Of a stretch of 64,000 nt of DNA, positions 11,110 through 19,627 are shown in pieces. Positions within the stretch are counted from its first letter, which is position 1, and every line of letters starts with the position of its first letter. The translations under genes and the position numbers were made by a program. Below the pieces are notes generated by a model. The model had not been told where the DNA came from, made no database searches, and saw only the letters and a list, made by a program, of their open reading frames with translations. The DNA is from Bacilli bacterium (lineage in GTDB: Bacteria; Bacillota_I; Bacilli_A; RFN20; CAG-826). The DNA is taken from assembly GCA_017429285.1 (NCBI GenBank), contig JAFRPF010000016.1, positions 27,616 to 91,615 of the forward strand, in the 5' to 3' direction.

Positions 11110-12147
11110 ATGAAAAATGAGAAATTAAAATCTATTGTCTCAGAAGCCTTAGAGGGCATTAAAAAAGCTTTAAAACTCGACGAGATAAATGAACTTAGAA
11201 ATCGTTTTTTAGGTAAGAAAAGTGAGCTTTCTTCTTTAGGTGGTTTAATTGCTACTTTACCAGTGGAAGAAAAGAAAACTTTCGGTATTGAAATGAACGA
11301 AGCTAAACAGTTAATCAGTCAAGCTTTTGAAGAAAAACTCAATGCTTTAAAACAAAAAGCCTTAGAAGAAAAATTAAAGAAAGAAACCATCGATATTTCT
11401 TTACCAAGTAGAGAAGTATCTTTAGGAGCGAGAAATCCATTTTATATCGTTCAAGATGAGATGAAAGAAATCTTTATCGGTATGGGTTTTGATGTCGCTG
11501 ATGGACCAGAAATTGAAACTGATTTATATAATTTTGAATTATTAAATATTCCAAAAGATCACCCTGCTAGAGATATGCAGGATACTTTCTATATCGATGA
11601 GAACACTTTATTAAGAACACACACCTCACCTGTTCAAGCGCGTACGATGGAGAAGATGAACGGTAAACCGATTAGAATTATCTGTCCTGGTAAAACTTAT
11701 AGAAGAGATGATGATGATGCGACACATTCACATCAATTCGCTCAAATCGAAGGTTTGGTAATTGATAAAGATATTAATATCGGTCATTTAAAAGCCACAT
11801 TAGAATTATTTGCCAAAAAGATGTTTGGTGAAAAAAGAGAAATTAGATTAAGAAGTTCTTATTTCCCATTTACTGAACCATCTGTGGAAGTTGATATTAC
11901 CTGCGCTAACTGCGGTGGTAAAGGCTGCAATATGTGCAAAGGTACAGGCTATATTGAAATCTTAGGTGGTGGTATGGTTCACCCTAACGTCTTAAAAATG
12001 AACGGGTATGATCCAGAAGTTTATAGTGGCTTTGCTTTCGGTATCGGTATCGAAAGAGTGGCTATCTTAAGATATGGCATCGATGATATCCGTAAATTCT
12101 ATAACAACGATGTAAGATTCTTACATCAATTCAAAAAGAAAGATTAA
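11110..12147 (+). CDS. pheS: Phenylalanine-tRNA ligase alpha subunit
   Basis: HPARDMQDTF, LLRTHTSPVQ, YFPFTEPS, GFAFGIGIER. Confidence 0.97.
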   Translation: MKNEKLKSIVSEALEGIKKALKLDEINELRNRFLGKKSELSSLGGLIATLPVEEKKTFGIEMNEAKQLISQAFEEKLNALKQKALEEKLKKETIDISLPSREVSLGARNPFYIVQDEMKEIFIGMGFDVADGPEIETDLYNFELLNIPKDHPARDMQDTFYIDENTLLRTHTSPVQARTMEKMNGKPIRIICPGKTYRRDDDDATHSHQFAQIEGLVIDKDINIGHLKATLELFAKKMFGEKREIRLRSSYFPFTEPSVEVDITCANCGGKGCNMCKGTGYIEILGGGMVHPNVLKMNGYDPEVYSGFAFGIGIERVAILRYGIDDIRKFYNNDVRFLHQFKKKD

Positions 12148-12161
12148 AGGAGGCTAAAATC

Positions 12162-14558
12162 ATGTTAGTAAGTTTAAAAAATGTTAAACAATTTGTCGAT
12201 TTAACTGGCTTAAGTGCTGAACAGATCGCTAACGGATTAACTTTCGCTGGTGTGGAAGTTGAAGAAATTAAACGTTTAGCCTCTGGCACTAATTTAGTGA
12301 TTGGTGAAATTAAAACTTGTGAAAAACATCCTGATAGTGATCACCTTCATATTTTAAATGTCGATTTAGGTGAGAAATATGGAGTGGAACAAATCGTCTG
12401 TGGCGCGCCTAACGCGAAAGTAGGATTAAAAGTTATCGTCGCTAGAGTAGGCGCTAAACTTCCTGGTGGAGAAATTAAAGCGGGTGTGATCCGTGGTGTT
12501 TCTTCTAATGGTATGTGTTGTTCCTTATTAGAACTTGGCGTTGAAGAAAAATATTTAACTGATTATCAAAAAGCCGGTATTGAAGAACTAGATAAAGACG
12601 CTCCTATAGGAGAAGAAGATGTTTTAGGTTATTTAGGACTTGATGATGAAGTATTAAATCTAAAGGTTTTAGCCAATCGTCCCGACTTATTATCTTTATA
12701 TAATGTCGCTAGAGAAATCGGCGCGATCTTTAATCGTAAAGTAAAAATTCCTAATCATGAAGAAATAGTGACTTTTAACACTAAATTAAAGGTTTCTTCT
12801 AAAACTGAAAAATGCAGTCAATTCTCCGGTAAAGAAGTCAGAAACATCAAAATCAAAGAATCTCCAAAATGGATGAAAGATTATTTGATGGCGATGGGTG
12901 TGAGAAGCATCAATAATATCGTTGATATTGGTAACTACGTTATGCTCCTTACAGGTCAGCCATTACATATGTATGACGCTGATAAATTAGCCTCTGCTGA
13001 ATTAACAGCCAGAAGTGATTATGAAGGACCATTCGTGGCCTTAGATGAAAAGACTTATGAAATAAGAAAAGGCGATATTGTTATCGCTAATAAAGATAAA
13101 CCGATGTGTTTAGGTGGAGTCATGGGCTCATTAGAATGCGCGGTTGATGAAAATACCAAAAATATTTATATCGAAGCGGCTTCTTTTGATGGAGCGACAA
13201 TTAGAAGAACATCTTCCAGGCTCGGTTTAGTTAGTGAATCTTCTTCACGTTTCGTGAAGGGCACAAATCACTTTCAAAGTGAATATGTCCTTAATTTCGC
13301 TAGCGAATTAATTAAAGATTTGTGCGAAGCAAAAGAATTCTCTGATATCGTCACTTATCAAGAAGAAAAATATGAAGAAAAAGTCGTGAGAACTTCTTGT
13401 ACACGTATCAATGGTAGATTAGGTACTGAATTCACCAGTAAAGAAATTAAAGAAGTTTTAGAAAGACTTAACTTTAAAGTGATGATGAATAAAGATGAAT
13501 TTGTTATCAAAGTTCCTGATTATCGTTTAGATGTCACTTGTGATGCGGATATCAGTGAAGAAGTCATCCGTTTATTAGGCTTTCAACATGTGAAATCTGT
13601 CTTACCAAGATTAGACACTAAATTAGGTTCATTAACCCAAGAACAAAATAGATTAAAAAATATCCGTTTCTATTTATTAGATAAAGGATTAGATGAATGC
13701 GTTACCTATTCTTTAATCAGCAAAAAAGAAGAGAATTCATTTAATTTATTAAATGATGAAGAACATTATCGTATCTTAAATCCTTTAACTGATGAAAGAG
13801 AAGTATTTAGAACTCATATCTTACACTCTTTATTAAAAGTGGCTACTTATAACGTTGCTAGACAAAATAAGAATTTAGCCCTATTTGAAACTGGACATAT
13901 GATTTCTAAAGCTAGTAATTCCACACATTTAGCCATCGTTTTAGTTGGTAAAGAATTAAGAAGAGGCAACATGGAAAGTATCGACTTTGATTTCTACCAT
14001 ATGAAAGGCTTAGTGGAAGGTATCTTTGATTGTTTAGGTATTGAAGCCTCTCGTTATAGATTTGAAAGAAATACCACGCATCTTGATGAATTACATCCAG
14101 GTAAATCCGCGGATATTATCTTCCAAAATAAAGTCATCGGTAAATTTGGTGAATTACATCCAAATAAAATCGAAGAATTTGATCTTGGTAAATTAAGCGC
14201 TGTCGCTTTAGAAATGAATCTAGATTCATTATTAGATGCTAAAGTCAGCACCATTAAGATGAGTCCAATTTCTAAATTCCCAAGTGTTACTCGTGACCTT
14301 GCCTTAGTGGTTGATAAAGAAGTGGCAGCCAAAGATTTAATTAAAGTTATTAAGGTGACTGGACGCGGTTTAGTCTCTAATGCCGAAGTCTTTGATGTTT
14401 ATGAAGGTGAACATATTTTAAGTAGCAAAAAGAGTATTGCGATTAGCGTCACTTATTCTAGTGATGACCATACCTTAAGCGATAAAGAAATTATCGATAT
14501 GGAAAATCGCATTAAATTTGAACTCACCAAACAATATAAAGCGGAACTTAGAGGATAA
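12162..14558 (+). CDS. pheT: Phenylalanine-tRNA ligase beta subunit
   Basis: QIVCGAPN, NRPDLLS, GQPLHMYD, FPSVTRDLA; follows pheS. Confidence 0.97.
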   Translation: MLVSLKNVKQFVDLTGLSAEQIANGLTFAGVEVEEIKRLASGTNLVIGEIKTCEKHPDSDHLHILNVDLGEKYGVEQIVCGAPNAKVGLKVIVARVGAKLPGGEIKAGVIRGVSSNGMCCSLLELGVEEKYLTDYQKAGIEELDKDAPIGEEDVLGYLGLDDEVLNLKVLANRPDLLSLYNVAREIGAIFNRKVKIPNHEEIVTFNTKLKVSSKTEKCSQFSGKEVRNIKIKESPKWMKDYLMAMGVRSINNIVDIGNYVMLLTGQPLHMYDADKLASAELTARSDYEGPFVALDEKTYEIRKGDIVIANKDKPMCLGGVMGSLECAVDENTKNIYIEAASFDGATIRRTSSRLGLVSESSSRFVKGTNHFQSEYVLNFASELIKDLCEAKEFSDIVTYQEEKYEEKVVRTSCTRINGRLGTEFTSKEIKEVLERLNFKVMMNKDEFVIKVPDYRLDVTCDADISEEVIRLLGFQHVKSVLPRLDTKLGSLTQEQNRLKNIRFYLLDKGLDECVTYSLISKKEENSFNLLNDEEHYRILNPLTDEREVFRTHILHSLLKVATYNVARQNKNLALFETGHMISKASNSTHLAIVLVGKELRRGNMESIDFDFYHMKGLVEGIFDCLGIEASRYRFERNTTHLDELHPGKSADIIFQNKVIGKFGELHPNKIEEFDLGKLSAVALEMNLDSLLDAKVSTIKMSPISKFPSVTRDLALVVDKEVAAKDLIKVIKVTGRGLVSNAEVFDVYEGEHILSSKKSIAISVTYSSDDHTLSDKEIIDMENRIKFELTKQYKAELRG

Positions 14559-14560
14559 TA

Positions 14561-15055
14561 ATGAAAATTAATCGCGCTTTATTATCTTTTGGAAATAGCA
14601 AAACTTTCACCGAAAGTATCGATTTTTCATCATTAACTTTTGATGGTTCTCATATTAGAAAAATTGAAAGTTGCGAAGCTACAGTTATCGCTACAGATTA
14701 TGATGATATACTTCGTATCGAAGTGAAGATTGATGCCAAAGTCATCGGTATTTGTGCTTATACATTAGAAGATGTAGAACTTAGTATTAAAGCCGAAGAT
14801 GAATTAACATTTTCTGATGATGAAAATGATCAAGATAGCTATTATGAAAAATCAAATATCATTGATTTAGATGAATATATTCTTGGCATCTTACTCGCTA
14901 ATGTACCAGTGAGAATTATCAAAAAAGGCGCAAAACTCCCCCAAAATGGTAAAAATTACCGAGTGATGAGTGAAGACGAATACGAAAAAGAAAAAGAGAA
15001 AAAGCACGATCCAAGATTTGATATTTTGGACACTGTCGAATTTGATGAAGATTAA
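14561..15055 (+). CDS. DUF177/YceD family protein
   Basis: IDLDEYI..LLANVP and C-terminal DPRFDIL motif. Confidence 0.75.
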   Translation: MKINRALLSFGNSKTFTESIDFSSLTFDGSHIRKIESCEATVIATDYDDILRIEVKIDAKVIGICAYTLEDVELSIKAEDELTFSDDENDQDSYYEKSNIIDLDEYILGILLANVPVRIIKKGAKLPQNGKNYRVMSEDEYEKEKEKKHDPRFDILDTVEFDED

Positions 15056-15087
15056 ATAAAATAACACTCTGTGTTAAATTAACTAAT

Positions 15088-15122
15088 AGGACGGGAAATA
15101 TATTAAACCGTCCTTTTCTTTT
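15088..15122 (+). terminator. Intrinsic terminator
   Basis: AGGACGG...CCGTCCT stem followed by a T-rich tail. Confidence 0.7.
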
Positions 15123-15144
15123 AATTTTCTTTTATAAAAAACAC

Positions 15145-15210
15145 TTGCGAATATCGCGTTAAAAAACTTATAATTTTGTTACCAAGTGGAAGAAAGTGGG
15201 AGAAAGTGGA
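15145..15210 (+). promoter_or_regulatory. mraZ promoter with three MraZ-binding boxes
   Basis: TTGCGA (15145)-18-TATAAT (15169), then AAGTGG three times at exact 10-bp period (15184, 15194, 15204), matching the known MraZ direct-repeat operator. Confidence 0.85.
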
Positions 15211-15214
15211 AGAT

Positions 15215-15646
15215 ATGTTTTTTGGAAGCTATGTTCATAATCTCGATAATAAAGGCCGCTTAGTCATTCCTAGCAAGATGAGAGAAGAATTAGGTTATAA
15301 AGCCTACATCTTGAAAGGTTTCGATGGCGCTCTTTCCATTTATAAAGAATCGGAATTCACTAGATTAGTCGAAGAAATTAAATCCCTTCCCTTTCATAAA
15401 CGAAACTCTCGTGCTTATTTAAGAGTTCAACTCGCTTCCGTTTGTGAACTTGATATCGATAAACAAGGTAGAGCCCTTTTGCCAACATCTTTATTAGCCA
15501 AATATAAGATTGGCAAAGAAGTCATTGTGATAGGAGCTTTAGACCACATCGAAGTGTGGAATGTCAAAGATTATCAAGAATATGAATCTAACGCTGATAA
15601 ATCATTCGAAGATATCGCCGAAGATTTAAATGATAAAGAAGACTAA
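15215..15646 (+). CDS. mraZ: Transcriptional regulator MraZ
   Basis: MFFGSYVHNLDNKGRLVIPSK and second DKQGR motif; start moved to ATG 15215. Confidence 0.95.
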   Translation: MFFGSYVHNLDNKGRLVIPSKMREELGYKAYILKGFDGALSIYKESEFTRLVEEIKSLPFHKRNSRAYLRVQLASVCELDIDKQGRALLPTSLLAKYKIGKEVIVIGALDHIEVWNVKDYQEYESNADKSFEDIAEDLNDKED

Positions 15647-15647
15647 T

Positions 15648-16574
15648 ATGGGGAAACATATTCCTGTATTGTTAAAAGAAACCATTGAAGGTTTAAATAT
15701 TAAACCTGATGGCATATATCTCGATCTTACTATCGGTAGAGGTGGACATTCTGGAGAAATCTTAAAAAGATTAACAAGTGGTCATCTATATGGAGTAGAT
15801 CAAGACCAAGAGGCGATAAACGAAAGTGAAAAATATCTAAAAACTATCTCTAGTAACTTCACTCTCGTTCATTCCAATTTCTCCTATATCGATGAGATAT
15901 TAAAGAATCTAAACATCAAATACGTCGATGGCGTACTAATGGACCTCGGCGTCTCCTCTCCTCAATTCGATGAAGGATATAGAGGCTTCTCTTATAGAGA
16001 AGATGCTCCATTAGACATGCGTATGGATCAAAGAAATGATCTCACCGCATATAAAATTGTCAACACCTATACTCTTGATGAGATATTTAAAATCATTCGA
16101 GATTATGGTGAAGATAAATTCGCTTATTCGATCGCTAAAAACATCGTTAAATATCGCGAAAATAAACCGATAGAAACAACCTTCGAATTAGTGGAGATTA
16201 TTAAAAGAAGTAAACCGGAAAAGGAATTACGTAAAGTCGGACATCCTGCTAAGCAGGTATTCCAGGCATTAAGAATCGCTGTTAATGACGAACTTAACGT
16301 CTTAACTAATACATTAGATAAAGTCTTAAAACATTTAAGACCAGGTGGTGGAAGACTAGCGGTCATCACCTTCCATTCCTTAGAAGATAGAATTACCAAA
16401 AATTGCTTCAAAGAAGCATCTATCGAAGAAGGAAACCGATATGACTTCCCAATTAAAGGGGAAGAAAAAGAATATCGACTTATTAATCGTAAACCGATTA
16501 TCGCTAGTGAAGATGAAATAAAGGAAAACCACCGTTCAGTAAGTGCAAAGCTAAGAATTATTGAAAGAAAATAG
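15648..16574 (+). CDS. rsmH: 16S rRNA m4C1402 methyltransferase
   Basis: HIPVLL, GRGGHS, DLGVSSPQFD, FQALRIAVN, TFHSLEDR. Confidence 0.96.
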   Translation: MGKHIPVLLKETIEGLNIKPDGIYLDLTIGRGGHSGEILKRLTSGHLYGVDQDQEAINESEKYLKTISSNFTLVHSNFSYIDEILKNLNIKYVDGVLMDLGVSSPQFDEGYRGFSYREDAPLDMRMDQRNDLTAYKIVNTYTLDEIFKIIRDYGEDKFAYSIAKNIVKYRENKPIETTFELVEIIKRSKPEKELRKVGHPAKQVFQALRIAVNDELNVLTNTLDKVLKHLRPGGGRLAVITFHSLEDRITKNCFKEASIEEGNRYDFPIKGEEKEYRLINRKPIIASEDEIKENHRSVSAKLRIIERK

Positions 16575-16591
16575 TGAAAGGAGGAAGCGGC

Positions 16592-16831
16592 ATGGTCATG
16601 AAAGACAAGTTGGTCAAAACCAACCACAAAGGCATCTACTATATTTTTAAAAGAAGCTCCATTGTTTTATTTGCTTTAGCTTCCTTAACTTTTGCCATTG
16701 CTGTTCCAACCTACATTGTTGCTAATTCAAAAGCGAAAAAGACCAATGTTTTAGCGGAAGAAAAATCTTCTGAAGTGGTGGAAAATGATTCTAATGAGGA
16801 GGAAAACGAATATGTTAGCTACAATGGTTAA
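16592..16831 (+). CDS. Small single-TM protein in the ftsL position
   Basis: RBS AAGGAGG; basic N-terminus, one TM helix, acidic tail; immediately after rsmH. Confidence 0.55.
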   Translation: MVMKDKLVKTNHKGIYYIFKRSSIVLFALASLTFAIAVPTYIVANSKAKKTNVLAEEKSSEVVENDSNEEENEYVSYNG

Positions 16832-17042
16832 AAAATATAATGCGATCTTCTCTTTATGGTTAGCAGTGGTTATCGCTATAGTTTATATCTTCGGTAGTGA
16901 ATTAGAGAATAATTTACTTCTTGGAATCATCTATTCACTTATTTCTATCTTATTTATTAGCAATATCATTGCCTTAGTAAGTGGTGTAAGAGAGAAGAAA
17001 AATAGAGCTATTAAAACCACACAAAATTATCGAAATTATTAG
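16812..17042 (+). CDS. Small two-TM membrane protein
   Basis: RBS GAGGAGG before ATG 16812; two hydrophobic helices; overlaps the upstream ORF. Confidence 0.55.
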   Translation: MLATMVKKYNAIFSLWLAVVIAIVYIFGSELENNLLLGIIYSLISILFISNIIALVSGVREKKNRAIKTTQNYRNY

Positions 17043-17158
17043 TCGGAAAAAATAGTATCAAAATAGTAGCAAATTAGTAGATTATATCGAAATTGCTACT
17101 TTTTTATTAACAATTATTGTTAATTCTTGTATCATGTTTTAAAAGTTATTAAAATAAG

Positions 17159-18379
17159 GTGAATTTGGTAGAAAAAATGGAAAAAACAGTCGCCGCAATT
17201 GAATTTGGTAGTAAAAAATTAAAACTTGTTGTCGGGTATGAACTCGATGGACAAGTTTATGTTTTATATGCTTTAACTAAACCTTATGGGCATATCGTTG
17301 ATGCTGGAACAATTATCGATCAACAAAAATTGATTCAATCTATTAATGATGTGAAGTTCTTTTCTGATCCTGCAGCAAAGCTGAAGGTTTCCATTTCTGA
17401 AGCTTTATTATCCTTACCTCCATTTGGATTAGAAGTTTTTGAAACCACACAAGTAACAACAGTTATATCTGATGAAGCTAAGATTGGTAATTTAGATATT
17501 AGAAACTTATATGCCTTAATTAAAAATGGGGCCTTACCTTTAAACAATCAACTTATCGACGTTGCTCCAGAAAGATTTATTCTTGATCAAGGTCGTTCTT
17601 TCTTAAGACCTCCTTTAGGAGAAACTTCTTCTACTTTAACCATTCAAGCGAAGATTCATACATTACCAAAACGTATCAATGGTGAATATGAAGCGGTTAT
17701 GGCGGGTGCTAATTTAAATATTAAACGTTCAGTGGTTGCTCCATTTGCGGCGGCAGAATTATTAAGTAGCTATGAAGATTTACCTAGTGATTATCTACTT
17801 GTAGATATCGGATCTAATATAACCACCGTATCTTTAATTGGAGATAAACAGTTATATGCTTCTAGATTCTTTGAATGGGGTGGAGATTCTATCACTGAAA
17901 GAATTATCGAAACATTTAATATTAATGAAAATGATGCTGAAAAATATAAGATCATGTACGGCATTGATAAGCGTGAAATGAATTTCAAAGCTCCTATCTG
18001 CACTACAGATGATGGTGAAGGACATGAAATTAAACACTACGCTGATGAATTAAATTCTATTATTAAAACGGAATTAGATATCTTCTTAAAACAATATAAT
18101 GCTGTCTTAGAAGATTTATTAAAACCATATGATAAAACTACTAGATCATTACCGATGGTATTAATCGGTGGAGGTAGTAGACTTAACGGATTGGTGGAAT
18201 ATATTGAACCAAAGGTTCAAAGTGAAAAGGTTATCCCGGTGTTACCAAGAACATTAGGAGCCAGAAACCCCACATTCACCAACTGTTTAGGAATGATATT
18301 AGCCCATTATAAATATCCAAATGTCTATGATGAAACTCATCCACGTGTTGGATCATTAACTAGAGAAGAAAATAAATAA
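17159..18379 (+). CDS. ftsA: Cell division protein FtsA
   Basis: Actin-like motifs AAIEFGSKKLK, LVDIGSNITT, WGGDSIT, LIGGGSRL; directly upstream of ftsZ. Confidence 0.85.
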   Translation: MNLVEKMEKTVAAIEFGSKKLKLVVGYELDGQVYVLYALTKPYGHIVDAGTIIDQQKLIQSINDVKFFSDPAAKLKVSISEALLSLPPFGLEVFETTQVTTVISDEAKIGNLDIRNLYALIKNGALPLNNQLIDVAPERFILDQGRSFLRPPLGETSSTLTIQAKIHTLPKRINGEYEAVMAGANLNIKRSVVAPFAAAELLSSYEDLPSDYLLVDIGSNITTVSLIGDKQLYASRFFEWGGDSITERIIETFNINENDAEKYKIMYGIDKREMNFKAPICTTDDGEGHEIKHYADELNSIIKTELDIFLKQYNAVLEDLLKPYDKTTRSLPMVLIGGGSRLNGLVEYIEPKVQSEKVIPVLPRTLGARNPTFTNCLGMILAHYKYPNVYDETHPRVGSLTREENK

Positions 18380-18393
18380 AGGAGGTAGCGAAC

Positions 18394-19506
18394 ATGGAAA
18401 ATTATGATTTAGATAATTTTGAACCCGCAGCAAAAATTGTGGTCATCGGTGTTGGTGGCGCAGGTAATAATGCGGTCAATCGTATGATTGATGAAGACAT
18501 TCAAAATGTTGATTTTTATGTCGCTAATACCGACAAACAAGCCTTATCTACTAGCAAAGCTAGAAATAGAATTATTTTAGGTGAAGAGATTACTGGTGGT
18601 TTAGGTGCAGGGGGAGAACCAGAAATTGGTGAAAAAGCCGCTGAAGCAAGCGCTGATACCATTAAAGAAATCGTGAAAGATGCTAACATGGTCTTCGTCG
18701 CTGCTGGTATGGGTGGAGGTACTGGTACAGGTGCTGCCCCAGTCATCGCCAAAATTGCTAAAGATGCTGGCGCCTTAGTTGTTGCTATCGTTACTCGTCC
18801 ATTTACTTTTGAAGGTAAAAAGAGAGTGGTTAATTCCATTGATGGCTTAAATAAATTAAGAGCGAATGTCGATAGTATTATCGTAGTTAGTAACGATAAG
18901 TTACTAATGACTTCCGGTAACGCTCCTATCTCTCAAGCTTTTAACGAATCAGATAATGTTTTAGCTCAGTCTGTTAAAACAGTTGTTAATCTAATCTTAT
19001 TACCTGCTGTTATTAACTTAGACTTCGCGGATGTGAAAGCGACTTTAGCTAACGCTGGTGTTTCCTTGATCGGATTTGGTATGGGAAGCGGACCAAATAG
19101 AGCTAAAGATGCCGCTAACGCTGCTTTATCTTCCCCATTATTAGAAGCCTCTATTACTGGAGCTAGAAGAGCGATTGTTTCTGTCACTTGTGGTCCAAAT
19201 GTGAGCTTATTTGATGCCCAGGATACTGTTAACCTTCTTATTGATGCAAGCGGTCATGATATTGATGTCAAATTCGGTGTAGCGATTAACGATCAACTTA
19301 CCGATGAAATTATTGTCAGCGTTATCGCTAGCGACTTTGAAGAAGAAACTGATTTCTCTCAACCCTCAATTCTTAACGCTCCGGCTAGAGAACATGAAGA
19401 ATTCTTTAAGAGCGCTCAGGTCGAAGAAAAAGCTCCTAAAGAGGAAGAAAAAAAGGAAGAATCAATCTCTGATGATTCCATCTTACCAAGTTTCTTAAAA
19501 GACTAA
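18394..19506 (+). CDS. ftsZ: Cell division protein FtsZ
   Basis: GVGGAGNNAV, GMGGGTGTG, INLDFADV, C-terminal ILPSFL. Confidence 0.98.
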   Translation: MENYDLDNFEPAAKIVVIGVGGAGNNAVNRMIDEDIQNVDFYVANTDKQALSTSKARNRIILGEEITGGLGAGGEPEIGEKAAEASADTIKEIVKDANMVFVAAGMGGGTGTGAAPVIAKIAKDAGALVVAIVTRPFTFEGKKRVVNSIDGLNKLRANVDSIIVVSNDKLLMTSGNAPISQAFNESDNVLAQSVKTVVNLILLPAVINLDFADVKATLANAGVSLIGFGMGSGPNRAKDAANAALSSPLLEASITGARRAIVSVTCGPNVSLFDAQDTVNLLIDASGHDIDVKFGVAINDQLTDEIIVSVIASDFEEETDFSQPSILNAPAREHEEFFKSAQVEEKAPKEEEKKEESISDDSILPSFLKD

Positions 19507-19524
19507 TTAATTAATAAAATAATT

Positions 19525-19550
19525 AGAGTGGCGTAAGTCACTCTTTTTTT
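19525..19550 (+). terminator. Intrinsic terminator
   Basis: AGAGTGGC-GTAA-GTCACTCT followed by a T run. Confidence 0.85.
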
Positions 19551-19627
19551 ATTTTCCCATTTATGCGAAAATAAATGCATATATGGGCAACTAAGCCTAT
19601 TGATTATTATCAAGGGGTAACACTTCT

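Noticed and set aside
15056..15140. rpmF expected after the DUF177 gene
   Set aside because: No L32-like ORF is present, only a terminator; the gene is probably elsewhere and this is not informative.
16124..16627. 167-aa antisense ORF and the other 60-110 aa nested or antisense ORFs in the track
   Set aside because: Shadow frames of well-supported genes, with no RBS or motifs.
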